Shown here: piece after piece, positions 36,500 through 50,123 of the stretch
How the letters are laid out: the number at the start of each line of letters is the position of its first letter
How positions within the stretch are numbered: the stretch's first letter is position 1
Assembly (NCBI RefSeq): GCF_001447785.1
Contig: NW_015163703.1
Coordinates: 62,001-126,000, forward strand
DNA length: 64,000 nucleotides
Source of the DNA: Gekko japonicus
Taxonomy: Eukaryota
Direction of reading: 5' to 3'
The notes under the pieces: model-generated
Told to the model about the DNA's origin: nothing
Databases searched by the model: none
Seen by the model: only the letters and a program-made list of their open reading frames with translations
Made by a program: the position numbers and the translations under genes

Positions 36500-36895
36500 T
36501 GGACTTATCTTGGGCCAGTCATTGTCTCTCAGCCTAACTTCCTCACAACGTTGGTAGGCTGAAATGCTAAGGACAGGGGGGGGGGAGAAACTTAACCTTA
36601 AAACCTGGGAACCAGAACCTAAAGAGGTAAGTAAATCAGAATAGAGGGCCAACAATAAAAACCTAATGTATATAATATAGAAGATACATGTATTTATTAG
36701 CAAAGAATTTAAAACATATAAGGGCCCAATCACACCTCATGTAAAAATACCAAAATCTTACACACAAGGGCCAATGGACTTGACCTGACACGTTTCGGCC
36801 TGTATAGGCCTTCTTCAGAGGTTGAAATGCATCGGGGGGGGGGCATGCATGCTAGTCTGAGCTCCTAGGAGATAGAGCAATATAAGATACCTAGA
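36500..36895 (+). mobile_element. Old Squam3-type SINE split at a G-run by a Penelope-like fragment (~36587-36833)
   Basis: SINE body ttgggccagtc..ctcagcctaac..cctcaca lies before the insert and the SINE 3' part after it; G-runs flank both sides. Confidence 0.55.
36783..36822 (-). ncRNA. Minimal type I hammerhead ribozyme motif (Penelope-associated type)
   Basis: Minus strand ACCT-CTGAAGA-A-GGCCT-atac-AGGCC-GAAA-CGT-GTC-AGGT: core boxes, stem I ACCT/AGGT, 5-bp stem II, tiny stem III and GUC cleavage triplet. Confidence 0.8.
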
Positions 36896-38469
36896 TCCAA
36901 TAGTGGCAGTCAATATTCCAAATGTTAAAGATGGCTTTTCAGAATTCTTTCCTTATTTTGCAATCTCAAGCACAGCAGACATCATTTTACGGAAAGAGTG
37001 ACAGAGAAGACAATTCTGTGAATGTTATATGTACAAGCCCTGTTAAAACTGAGTGGGTGATCTATTTGTCTGGATGATAGTTTGACAAAATACTTTTGTA
37101 TGTAGGCAACCTAAACCCACCCCGTTGATCAAAACGATTGCATCAGCCCTCCCTTGCACCATGCTATCAAGGCTGTCATAGGAGAATGATGGGTGCCTGC
37201 TGAGAGGTTTTTTTAATCTGGATCTGACTTTCTGCCAGGAAATTAGCTCTGTCAGTTCTCTGATGAACTAAGATAGTAAAGTTGTAGTCTCTTGTTTCAA
37301 TCCTGTACATTGTGAGCTAGTTATTAATTTAATGTTTCCCTACCGATGCTTCCCTTGTAGATTTAGCCTTTCATCTGTCAGATGAGCAATTGTTTCTGCC
37401 ATACCTCCTTGCATTTTATGTGACCAGATTTTGGATTACCGTATGTATTGGGGGGGGGCATACCTGAGCTTGATAACAAAAACATAGTTGCAACTGTTTT
37501 ATATTTTCCACCATGAACACATTTTGGCCAAATTGGAATTCACCTTTAAATACTAATGGAACAGCTTTAAAAAATTGTGAGGCCTTTTGTGACAGTCCAG
37601 TAGTGCCCCCCACAGTACACAATATTTTTAAAGAATTGCTTACCTATTTTCTGGTCATGGTCAAAGAAGGTCTATTTTATATGGGTAATGCCTGAAATCA
37701 GAAAATAAATTTAACTCAATGATTTTGAATTAACTGAACTAATTAAGTGAAAAACACAATTAAAAACCTTTCTAACATGTTATGTGAATTTCTACTGCTT
37801 CTGGCTAATGAGTAAGCAAGGCTGAAACTGATTTGGATCTCCAAGCAACAGTTCTATAATATTTATACAATCCTTCTTTGAAAATGTTGCGCCATAAAAA
37901 TGCACCTGTTAGCTATTCTAATCCATATTCAGTGGTAATTTTTAATGGAATTGAATATGTTAATGAAAGCCAGGTGTAATTCTGTTTTGTCTACAAGTCA
38001 GCTCCTGAATCAGAAGTAACCTAATTTTATAATTTTTGCTCTGTTTCTTTGTTCAGAAAAGTAGAAGCCTCAGCTAGGCAAACTTCAATCTCACTTTGGA
38101 ACAGCTATTGTTTAATTTGCATACTTGCCTTTTGAAAATGTCCCCTCATAAAAAGCAGCTCCTCTTCTTGACATCTCCATTCTCTGCTGTCATTACAAAA
38201 GCCCCACTATAGAATAAAATAATGAAATTTATATATTTTAAAGTAACATTTAGATGGTATTCCTCCATTCATGCACAAAACAAAAACTTTTCATGTTCTG
38301 ACATTCAATAGTAGGTTGAAGACTTCTGTAAATTCTCAGCTTCACATTTTTGCAAATGGTACTTTTTCAGTGGTAACACCTTGACTTTGGGATGTCCTCC
38401 CCCAAGAAACTTGTCTGGTGCCTACTGTACTGCTCCTTAGTTTCTAAGCCCAAACATTTCTTGTCTACA

Positions 38470-38742
38470 GGGTTAAAAGCAATGGAATCTAATCTGGAGA
38501 ACCGGGTTTGATTCCCCACTCTTCCACATGCAGGCAGCTGGGTTACCTTGGGTCAGTCACAGTTCTCTCAGAGCTGTTCTCTCAAGAGTAGTTCTCTCAG
38601 AGCTCTCTCAGTCCCACCTACCTCACAGGGTGTCTGTTGTAGGGAGAGAAAGGGAAGAAGATTGTAAGCTGCTCTGAGACTTCGAGTGGAGGGCAGGGTA
38701 TAAATCCAACCTCCTCCTCCTCCTCTTCCTCCTTCTTCCTCC
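38470..38742 (+). mobile_element. Squam3-type SINE
   Basis: Same body as the 32238 copy; (CCT)n tail. Confidence 0.88.
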
Positions 38743-39330
38743 TGAGGGGTTCCATCTTGTAAAGCTATTTAATTATCTTATTCTTATCCTGAGTATTATT
38801 TTTGAATATAATATTGGATTGCTGAATTTTGTTTTATGCTTTTTATGTCCCTAGTTTGTTTTATAGCTTGATTAATTGTTGATAATTTCCTTTGTTGTTG
38901 TTTTTAATGATTTTATTATATTGTTTTTACTTTGGGTTGGGAAGAATATTAAATAAATAAAACCAGAATGAGAGGTGCAGGAGTCTACAGCAATTGCATA
39001 TATTACCAAGTCCCACTGGAGATTATGCAAGTTCAATGGCCTAGATCCACAGAACTACAAATGGAATGGAGTTCTTAGATCTTTCATTGCAGCTCCTTGC
39101 ACTCTCCTCAAAGCTATTCCTGGGAGGCAGTGTGCCTCTCAAGAGTTTGCTCAAGGGAAGGGGACAATTGTCATCCGTTTCCTCCTTCCATTGCAGCCCC
39201 CTGCACTGCATGTCATGCCAACGAACCTCCAAAAATAAGAGTTTAGATGGCACGTAGGTGGCAGAGGGACAGACAAATGGACAAAGATATATATGTGATC
39301 TCCATCCTGGATCCAAACCCTTGCACCTTG

Positions 39331-39555
39331 AAAACATAAGAACATAAGAGAAGCCAATGTTGAATCAGGCCAATGGCCCATCCAGTCCAACTCTCTGTCA
39401 TACAGTAGCTGAAAATACCAGGTACCATCAGGAGGTCCACCAGTGGGGCCAGGACACTAGCAGTCCTCCCACTGTTGCCCCCCCAAGCACCAAGAATACA
39501 ATGCATCACTTGCCCCAGACTGAGAGTTCCTATCTATACCTTGTGGCTAATAATG
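39331..39555 (-). mobile_element. CR1 LINE 3' end (an older similar remnant at ~1630-1810)
   Basis: (aacataag)n terminal repeat followed by gaatcaggccaatggcccatccagtcca. Confidence 0.8.
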
Positions 39556-40381
39556 TTTAAAAACCATGTGTGACAAAATGGAACCTTTCAAGACTCCAGA
39601 GGCCAAGGAGCTGAACAGCGGTACCCCCACACCGGCAAAACATGACCCGCTGAAACACTCTGAAACCTACTTTCTAAGTAGGACAAGACCACCAGTCCTA
39701 AACCCAAGTGTCAGTCCAGAAGGATACCATTATCAATGACACTGAAAGCCACCAGAGAATCCACAAGATCATATTCCCCCATCTATCTTCCAGTGCAGGG
39801 CATTCAGTAGGGCAACCTTCCTGTCACCAGGCTTGGTCAGCCAAAATGTCCTGTTAAGCTGGTTAATAGTTCTTTTATAGATTCTTCACAATGCCAAGCT
39901 TATCAAAGGTTTTGAAACACATAAGTGTCCCAAGGAAGGAATCAATTTCCTTTTTTCTCTGAATTAGCTAGGTTATTCTATACTGGCATTTCAGTCTTAA
40001 CCAAGACTTTATTGTACTTACTTGGCCAAAGTGCTTGGCCTTACATTGCTTTCTGTCTAATACATTCTTTATTTACTACAGTTATACCCCACCTTCCTGC
40101 CCAATTAGGGCCACAAGGCAGCCAAGAATTAAAACTGCATAACAAAAAACATCCCAAAACCAAAGCTAAAAATACATATGTAAACAAAATGCAGCAAATT
40201 GAAAAATAAGACAGGAAAGAGGGCTCACTGAAAGACCAGACAAAACAGTGAAGATGTCACCTGCTGATGGAAGACACTGATAGATGAAGACAGACAAATA
40301 TCCCTTGAAAGGGAGTATAAAAAGTTTGACACCACAACTGAGAAGGCCTTCTCTCAGGCTGCCACAATCTAGCTTCAGAAT

Positions 40382-41180
40382 GGAGTTCCCGGCCTCCCGG
40401 CAAAGCCGGTGAGGTCCGGGGGCTTTTTTGCCGCCTCGGAGGAACCGAGGCAGCAACAGTTGATTGACGCTTGGCATCATGACGAGGACAAGGTGGGTGG
40501 AGCCGGCTTGTCAAATTGCCGGGCTCCGCTCCCGCCCTGTCAGTTGGGGATTTGTGCTCGCCCAGCCTCCCGCCCTGTTCTTAGTGCAGGCTTTTGCTGG
40601 TCGCCTACTGGGGCCGGGTAGGAATTTTTCACTTCCACCCGGAATTGGCAGATTGGGTGGGGGTGTTTTCGCCTACCCTGCACTGGGAGCAGTGGATTGA
40701 AGTGTTGGATGTGGTGGTCAGCAGTTAAGTAGGTTGGTCACTTGGCAGGTTGGTGCGGGCAAGAAACCGGAACCGGTGAGCACCTGACGGCAATTTCCCC
40801 ATTAGGGAACAGGGGGTCATCAGGAACTGCCTTCGGATTTTCAGGACCAGGGTGGGGAATGGTGATCACCTCCACTGGGAACCTCGTAGGGTATGCTCCT
40901 CTCTGCAAGTTGTCAGGCTTCAGGGGTAGGCGCTCCTATGTGGTGACCAGTTTGCTGGGCTGCCGGTCACGAGCCAGATCGATGGCTCAAGACCGGAGCT
41001 GGGTGACCCGCCCGAGAAAAGGGCAAGGAGGTTGGTCAAGTGAATGACACCTGCCTTGCCTGTTCCGTGCTCGCCTAGATGGTCCCTTGCCGCAGTGTTA
41101 TGTTAAATAGTTAATAAAGTGGCCCTTGTTTATTTCCAAACTGTTGTCTGTCTCGTTATTCCGACTGGGGGGGCAAGGTG
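40382..41180 (+). mobile_element. Non-coding ~0.8-kb retroelement, probably non-autonomous Ngaro/DIRS-like, copy 2
   Basis: 40555-41180 aligns to the reverse complement of 30420-31045. The 5' ~170 bp differ between copies. Confidence 0.65.
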
Positions 41181-41467
41181 ATTCTGTAGGGTGGAAACTG
41201 GGATTAAGAATCACTTGACATGGAAAAAACAGGGCAGAACATCTGTTTTGTTTCATGCAAGGAAATATGGGGGACTGTAACATGAATTGATTCACAGAGG
41301 TTTCTCATGTTCCTCTTTGGAGCTAATGGGCTGAGTGACATAGTTCCTAGCCATAACCAGCCTAGGAGGTAATCAAAGTTGGGATGTCCTATGAAATGGC
41401 TACTGAGAGTAATTGTGTAAATGTGTTAACGCTATATTCATAATTAATGCATGCAGAGTTAATATTT

Positions 41468-41702
41468 CCAGTGTAGTGGTTAGACTGTTGGGTTAGGGGC
41501 TAGGGGACCAATGTTTGAATCCCCACTGTGCCATGGTACCTTTGCTGGGTTAACTTGAACCTGACACATAATCTCAGTCTACTCAGCCTCATAGGGTTTT
41601 ATTCAGATAAAACTGAAGAGAGGAGGAAGAGAACAATGTAAACTGCTTTGGGCCCCTGTTGAGGAGAAAGTCATGGTATAAATGAAGTACATAAGTAAAT
41701 TA
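41468..41702 (+). mobile_element. Older Squam3-type SINE (another at ~45060-45270)
   Basis: gtgtagtggttag..tttgaatccccac head, ctcagtctactcagcctcataggg body, (TAAA)-like tail. Confidence 0.7.
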
Positions 41703-43786
41703 ATTGACATGGTAAGAACAGGGAAGCACAGCTTCATGCAAGGCAATATTGAGAATGTACCATGAACTGATTCACAGAGGTTTCTCATATTACTGTTTGG
41801 GTTAGGGACTTTATGTTACCTTTCCACTCAACTTAAGGTCCCCATGGCAGCAATCAAAACATTAACACAAGCTTTAAACACACACACACACTTGGAAGGC
41901 AATGATAGGGGAACATAGAGCAGTCTTGCTGGGGAGGGAATTCCATGATTTTGGTGACCTTTCTTAAGCTGCCACTCATCTATTCTCATCTAATTGTGAT
42001 CCACAGGATTTTTCTCAAGCTTCTAAAACATTTCCAATGGATTCATATATGTGAAACATGGACCTCCACACACATAATCACAGTACTCAATCCAGTTAGG
42101 GATGTATATGCTAGACAGGAAATCATGCGGGTAAAGAGATGCTACATGTGCAATTTACAGTGCCCAGTCAGGACTGCATGCAAATTAGCCTCTTTTTTTA
42201 AAGCTTAAAATTCTTGATTGGCAGGAGCAGAAGTCCAGATTTACAAAGTCAACTCCTCCTTCTTCGCCAAGGTTTTCAAGGTGCTACCTGCACATGCAGC
42301 CCCAGCTGTTCCACATACACATTCTTGGAACAGAACTATTTTATTTATAGGTGATCATGTGATACATTGAAATCAATGATTTTATTAAACCTTTAATCTT
42401 TCACATCATTCTGCACTTTCAGAATATCATTACGTTAGAACTGGTCCTTAGACTTTATAGATCTGGAATGTCCAGACTGCTTGACATGAAGAATTAAATT
42501 GGAGTGTCAGAGCCAAATTCAGGATTTATAAAAATCCTTTAATTGCTTCTTTCATCCAGGAAGTCTTCTTGTAAACTAGGATGTCCCTGTCTGATGTGCC
42601 CAAGAACCAATAAAATACGACAAAAGAAGAAAAAAAGTTTTGTCTGATATGACACAGGAAAGGAGAGAGACTCTCTAGAATGAATGCAGACCCTAGTGTT
42701 TAAAAGATTCATTTTTCTCACAGAAAAAGAGATACCTAGATGCTATATATCCTTTCATAAACACCACAAATACCTTTTTTTGAGCTAACGTCCCTCTCAC
42801 TGTACTTAAAATAGAGCAGATTCTTAAAATCCTGCCATGTTGATAAGTTCTATCTGCTTAAATTCTTTCAGAATCTCCTGAGATCTCCTCATTCAAGTAG
42901 ATTTGATGTCATACATTTTTAACCTTTTCTTTGCATATGTCTGTGTGTACTTTATTAATTATTTCTGTGTAAGGTTGGAGGGAGGGGTCATATTTCACTA
43001 AGGGCCTTTTTACATGTTACAGAGTCCTCATCTTTGCTGAACCCTGAAACAAGGCCTTGAAACAGACATTCAGTGGGTGTATTAAGTCTCTCAGACTCAT
43101 ACTAGCCCTTTTCTTATTGGAACTAGTGTGTGCAGACACAAACAGCATCTTTCTTTCCCTGTTTTACCCCCTGTAAAGCACCCCACAGAGAACCTATGAG
43201 CTCCATTTGTGAAATCATATTATATGCCTGCAATTTTTGCATTGGAGCTGCTCTATGAGGCCTTTAAGGAGGAGAGAACAGTGCTGAAGGCAAGGGAGTC
43301 ACAGCTCTGCCTGTGCACTCCAGTTACAAAGAAAAAAGCATTCACATCTGTTTGAACAACACAAAACTGCTGCTGAACATCTCCTTCAAAAACAAGGACC
43401 TGGCATCATGCAACAATGTCTTAACTAATGAATGACAGAATAGTTATTGGTGTTTCAGCAGAAGGAATCAGCTTGTAATTTTGTGATGGGGCAGTGTTCA
43501 TGAGGCAATGGCCATAGATATAAAGTGCAAAGTTATATTTTATTAAATATTCATTCTACCTTTTCCCCCATAATGAAACTCAATTAGGTGTATGTGGGAT
43601 TCCTACAATGTCTCCTATCCAGGCACTATCAGACACAAAACTTGCTTAAGTTCACCAAGATTGTTGTGACATATGTTATCCAACCTTAGCCCTGGCAACA
43701 TCTTTTTGCAGGCTACTAGGCGCACATAGGTTCACAGAAAGAGATAAATTAATACTTCAGTATTAGAATCAATAATGATACACAAA

Positions 43787-44272
43787 GTCCGAGTTCAGAC
43801 TGGCAGTTTGCCCTGATATAGGCACCAGCCAGGAATGTTTCACAAATGAATTAAAGGGGCCATTCACACAGGCACATCTGTCAGGCATTCCCCAGCCATA
43901 CTCAACCCATCTTGTAACGCTTCCCTCCGGAGTTTAAAATATACCAGGTGAAAGATGGAAAGCGCAATTATCCCGCGTCCATCCCGCTACTTGGAAGTGT
44001 GAACGCGAAAAGCCGTGATCCGATAGGGATGCACTTATGCGCATAACTGCCCTTATACCCACAGCACCTCCCAATGCGTAAGCGCACATAAGCGGATTAC
44101 CAGAAAAACCTGCTTACAGCCACACCTCCGGACCAACAGTGTGAACGCTCGCTTGCACCTCCTCCCCGTTATGCTCCCGTATCAGTCTGACTGGGAAAAC
44201 CCAGAACAGTTTGTTCCGGGTCTTTTTTGCCACGGCTCCCCCCCACTTCAAACTGCCAGTCTGAACTCAGCC
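43787..44272. mobile_element. PIF/Harbinger-like MITE, copy 2
   Basis: TIR gtccgagttcagactggcagttt / aaactgccagtctgaactcagcc; 3-bp TSD AAA. Confidence 0.8.
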
Positions 44273-45280
44273 AAAGGATGGCTTTCAAAGTGGAAATGTA
44301 GTATTACTGGTATTATCTATAGAGGATATTAAACAAAGACAATCCAGTCTGGGTTCAGTAGATCAGCCCTGTATGGCCCATGGACAATTCTGATATAATG
44401 TTTCAGAATACATCCATGGACAAGATTATTTATACTCAGTCATGAGTATCAAAAGTAACATCAAGTACAATATATATATTTAAATAGTTAAATGGCTTTA
44501 TTATACTTCTAGCTTTTTTGTAAATATTAGGTTTATGTAAAACCCCAAGAAATACCTACTTCTGATTTCTGTTCATGTTTTGAGTTTAAATTACATTTAT
44601 CTCACTTGGCTGGTCCAGAGAAAAGCCAAACAAGAGAGGGAAGAGAATGAAATTAAAAGGGGTGGGGTAAGGATTCTGTGGAGAAAGCCAGCTGTCAGAG
44701 ACAGAACAGCAGCAAGCAGAAGAGAGAGAAATCTAAGAAACCACGGTAGATGGGAACAAGGGAAGATAGAACTTCTGGAGTACAAAAAAAGAGTACACAT
44801 TGTCTCTCTTGAAGAACAGGTTTCATGGGGCTGGAGGAGTCATGGAGAAGGTTTGCTATTGGTCCAGTTTAGTGCAAGATTAAGGTCTGCTCTGATATTG
44901 GCTCAAACCTTTTGATTCTAGTTGCTCATTGATGGTATCTGGGCTGTTCAAAACTTAACATCCTGGTGCAAGTCCAGAAACCAGGCTGTGATAGGATAGC
45001 ACAGTACTCCCATAGAAAAAGTAGCACCTGAATAAACACATCTTTCAGATTAGCCAAAATTTCACACTAGGGTCTGGAAGATTGAGGTTCAAATCCCCAC
45101 TGTGTCATGGAAGCTGACTTGGTGATGTTGGGCCAGTCACACACATTCAGCCTAACCCACCTCACAGGGTTGTTGTGAGAATAAAATGGAGGAGAGGAGA
45201 CCAACGTGAACTTCTTTGGGTCTCCAGTGGGAAGAATGATGGGGCATAAATGAATAAACTAAAATAAAATTGATGTGACG

Positions 45281-45554
45281 AGAAGAAGAAAAGATTGGAT
45301 TTATACCCGCCCTTCACTTGGAGTTTCAGAGCAGTTTACAATCTCCTTTCCCTTCCCTTCCTCACAACTAGACCCCCTGCTAGGTAATTGGGGCTGAGAG
45401 AGCTCTTTCCAGAGCTGTCCTCGAGAGAACAGCTCTGACAGAACTATGGCTTGCCCAAGGTCATCCAGCAGCTGCAAGTGGAGGAGTGTGGAATCAAACA
45501 CGGTTCTCCCAGATTAGAGTCCGCACACTTAACCACTACATCAAACTGGCTCTC
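45281..45554 (-). mobile_element. Squam3-type SINE, full length
   Basis: Reverse complement of the 32238 family, beginning gagagccagtttgatgtagtggttaag. Confidence 0.9.
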
Positions 45555-48500
45555 AGAAGATTTCTGGAAAGTACTGCACCATGCCTCTGGTCTGTTTAAA
45601 GCCAAAGGACCTTATGTAGGGTGCACCCATAATGGATATTAATGGGAGCCAGGGGACTAGAAGGATCCTAGCACTGGCAGGATAGGGCCAACATGCTGCA
45701 CATCAGCTGTTGTACCTCTGCCCCTTATAGAGCCTTCTACAGGTTTATTGTCCCACAAGAACTAATACACAAAGCTGTAACACCTCATCTGAAATTATGG
45801 GAAGGCATAGAGCTTTCATGTAAAATTTAGTAGCCCATCCAGCTAATCACATTCCCCAGACATAGAGTTGGCTAAGTCTAAATGAGCAGCAAATTAGGTG
45901 GTGGAGAAATTGTTCTTGGAATGTACATTTTAGATTGCAGGTGGCAGCATAGGCCAATGTGATTGCACATCCATTTACAACCCTCATACCCACTAGTATG
46001 TCAGGGAGAAGATGGAACTAAGAGTAATGGTTTGCATCCAGCCAACCAATATTGGAATGCTGGTTTTCCCAACTGACAGAAAAGAAAGGAGAAGTTATTT
46101 CACCCTCTTCATTTTTTTCACTGCATCTCCATGGCCCACAAGGCTGTGGTTCGCACAGCCCTTTGAATGAGTGGCAATTTCACAGTGACATTAACTGTTA
46201 GTACTTTAATTCATTATTCATTAATTAGCATTAACCTGATTTTTCAGAGTTTTAGGGTTTCATCTACACTTTTTTTTTTAACGATCAATTGCATTTTGCT
46301 ATGCATTTTAGGGGGATACATTTACCTGCTGATGTATCACACACATTAAAAGTTGACCGCTCTGATAGCTGTTGTTGTTTTAAGATTATTCCACAGGGAA
46401 AATCATATTTCTAGTGAAGTATTTTTTACTATACACATGCAGAAAAGAAAGAGAGGGGCAGTCAGATAGCTGAAGAAATGAAGAACAATCTAATTCCTAA
46501 AATTTAATTCTTGAACCCATAATGGGAAGGCTTGCAAAATATAGCAAAATTTGAGGTTATAAGAACTAATTTCACTTGCTAGTTAGTAGATGGATGTATC
46601 TGTGATATAAACAAAGCTTTCAGAAGCTCTGTGAATAAAAGATGGGGAGGACAGTGACTCCTGTATTTTTTAAGGGCAATTCACATGGTGTGGTCTGTAT
46701 GAAGGTGCCCTAATCCTGGATTCTACCCCAGTTATATGGTATGTACTCACCCTAAACTGTATCTCCTAGGATTGATGATGATGATAGATACGTCCTTTGT
46801 CCTTAGTACATCTTTCTTCTTTGTCAATCAGCTCTGTTGGGATGTTCTGTTTAGAAATGCTGAGAATTTAAGGAAGGACAATAAACAGGTGCTATGAGGA
46901 TCTAAAACAACTACAATTATGCAAGGCATATTTTGTTTTTTTAAAAACATACATACCATGGGGGGGATGGCATTCATCCTGAACCACTGGAATGTGGCAC
47001 AATAAGTGCTGTCAGTTTAACAGACAGAACATAACCATTGAGAATTCTGTCAGCCTTGAGCATCTGAGCAACTCATGTTTATTGCCCGATTAAATATTAA
47101 TATGATGAGAAGAGGTCACGGTCTTTTGTGAAATCGCATTAGCAGACTGCACATCAGTAGGGGGAAAAACCCATCTATGTTCAGTGCTATTTGTAATATG
47201 CTCTGTTTAGAACTGCATGACTAACCATCAGCAAATAGAATGCCCTGAGTTCTCTATTAATCTCAAAAGTACGATCTTCTATAGGCTTCCTCACAAAATA
47301 TTTTGGGCATCACCTTGCCTACTTCATGTGTACTGAATTGCTAAGCATTCATTAGATCATTGGTCCAGCTAGTAAAAACATATTCTTGCAGGTAAACAGG
47401 AGCAGAATTTCAATAGGCAGTGAACTATTGTTGCTCTTCTATTTGAGCAGGAACCAAGATGATAAATACCACTGAGTCATGAATGTTGGTGCCTTTGCAG
47501 ATGCAAAAACAGGACACACACTTTGAAATTTAGCTAATCTTAAAGGATGCATGACCTATCTATGAAGAACCCAGGTCATATGTAATCCAGGCAATGAACT
47601 CATACCAACAGTGGCTCCAGGTGAGTCACCATGCTAAACTGTGCAAATGAAAACCATTCAAAATATTGTATGAGAAAATGGCAGTCTGTGCATGCTTGCA
47701 TGTGTGTGTGTGTATATATATATGTATATATGTATTTATTTATTTATTTAACATTGGTCTGACTCAATTCACACTTTAGACCTGGAATACTTTAACTGGT
47801 TTGCCATTAAATTGCCCAGCACTTGACATAATTAAGGTATTCCTAGTTTTAAAATTAGGACACTAAAACAAAATCATGTGAATTGCATGGCAAGTTGGCT
47901 ATTTATTAATCATTTAATGGTTAATAGTTAAATGAAAGGCAGAAATGTGTTAAGTACATAACATTCTTTGGTACACCATTTCAAAAGATGCTTTAGATTT
48001 GTAAGCAAGAACAGTTTTTAAGAATAGGTTACTTTGAAAAAGGTCTACTGTTTTAGGATACATTGATTTTAATCAAAGCTCTTAATCTTCAGCCATTGAA
48101 GCTAGGGCACAATTTGTCTCATACTGGGCTCTCAAAAAATAATGAACTCATCTGAAAACTGGGCAATATAGTCCTTTATATATGTAACTAGTATCTCTGT
48201 ATTCCGCACAACATATGTTACTTGTCAAGTGCAAGTGCTGGTCTAAGCTTTTATGTGAATTGCCTGAGAATTAATATTAGTAGCATTATACACTGTCTTT
48301 ATTTATAAAGAAATTGAAACCTGAAATCCACAGTCACAGCATTTTTAAGTTTCTCATTGCTAGCAAGATAGCTGCTGAAGCCATACTGACAAAGAGCAGC
48401 AGTGACCCCCAGTGGTAAGAAATATTATTCACAATAGAGGTTATGATATTCATTTTTTAAAAATGACTTCCAAAAATCCCTCCAAAACCTAAAGTCCTAA

Positions 48501-49154
48501 ACCATTCTTTTAAAAAGTAGATCAGCTAATTGCTTGTTCTGCAAAATAATCTTCTAAAAATTTTCTATACACATACAAGTAGATATTTATGTACCAGTAA
48601 AAAAGAACCATTACCCTTCCTTCTGAATAAGGTATTGAGAAAGACCTTTCTCTTCTTGAGACCCCAGAGAGATGCTGCCAGTCACAGCAAGCAGGACTGA
48701 ACTAGAAGAACCAGTTATTAAATACTGTAATGAAACTCAGCATTGTTGACAATTTAGGGTTACTAACCAACAGTGTTTCAGGCTGTTCTACATGAATGAA
48801 GATTGTGACCATCATTATTTAAGTAAATCCACCATTGCTCCAAACTCAGCTAGTGTTAATGTCAGGCTTGGTTATCCTAACCTGAACATATAAAGTACCA
48901 AGGAGTTCTAACGTTTATCACCATAAGATGTGCTGTAAGTCTCTATCCTGTTTGGGATGCTGCTGTTCAGCATCAAGGGCACTCCATTCCAACCCACCCT
49001 GTCATAAGACATATGATGGGCTATTCAGGAGACAATTCTCCATTACACCTGATGCCTCACTGTGCTTGCCAATTTTCACTATCTCATGAGCAACCAACCC
49101 CATTCCTCCCAAACTAGGTATAGCTTAACCAGTCAGTTGTTACACAAACTACCT

Positions 49155-50123
49155 TATTTACGACAGTTTGCAATTAAATTTAATGTGAAGCTCTGGCCAA
49201 CGTTTACGGAGGTTGTGTCTACCCTCAGAGTCCCAGTGATGGAGACAAGACTGGTGTTTTTCCAAAATAAGTAGTTCTTTTACTGAGCAATATCAAAATC
49301 ACACACACAAAATCAGTCTCACATTCGTATACACTCAAGGTTCCTCTAGAGTTACAGAGATAGAAAATAGTTTCTCATTTACTTGGAGGTAGGTAGGTAT
49401 CGGTTCATGTTCACCTGTTCCAGAAGTCTTCTCTGTTGCAATGAAAAATAAGGGGAAGAAAGTAATACCTAGGGATATTAACTAAATCACACTTGATAGA
49501 ACCAGCCAGCAAAGTATGGACCTCTTTGGCTGCAGTCCAAGAGATCTTAAAGTAGACAAAGGGATTGTTGGATAGGAAGCTGGACCTTAGGGGTAGAAAA
49601 GAGGATAGAGGACGTTGAGAAGGGATGTGGCTGGCAAAGACCTAAAGTTTGGTCTTTACTTTTATAGTTGAATCTCCAGGTGGGTGGCACCTTGCCAATC
49701 TGTAATCCCACCTACTTACAAGTCCATCCCATGACCTCCCTCATTGGTGCATGTAAAAGGGGGCAGATATTCTATTCTAGGTTGGGCAATATTTGAAACT
49801 CTACACTCTATCTCATGGAACACCATCTGGCCAGGTGTGAAATCCCGGCTTCCTGTGGCCTCCTTGATGTGCAGATGAATCTTGGCTTTACCAAGCGGAC
49901 AAGGCACCATCAACAGGAAACGGCAATTCAGATGCAGATCAGGTCCATGTTCTGCGTGACATCTAGTCTCCTCAGCAATGGGGGAATTTCTTCTTCTTGG
50001 TTGTTGCCTCTGCCCACAATGGCTAACATGTGCTTCTCCTTCCCATAAGGCTTTGAGCTGAATGTGTGCAAGCTACATTAACATGAAATGCAGGCAAGTG
50101 TTCCCTATGTGAAATCTCTCACA
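49155..50123 (-). mobile_element. Solo LTR related to 5983-7069
   Basis: Collinear shared blocks with the 6-kb LTR and a ...CTCACA end. Left boundary approximate. Confidence 0.5.

Noticed and set aside
30668-41047. Two near-identical ORFs starting MAGWCGQETGT as a duplicated gene
   Set aside because: Both lie in copies of the same dispersed repeat, use non-ATG starts and differ in length.
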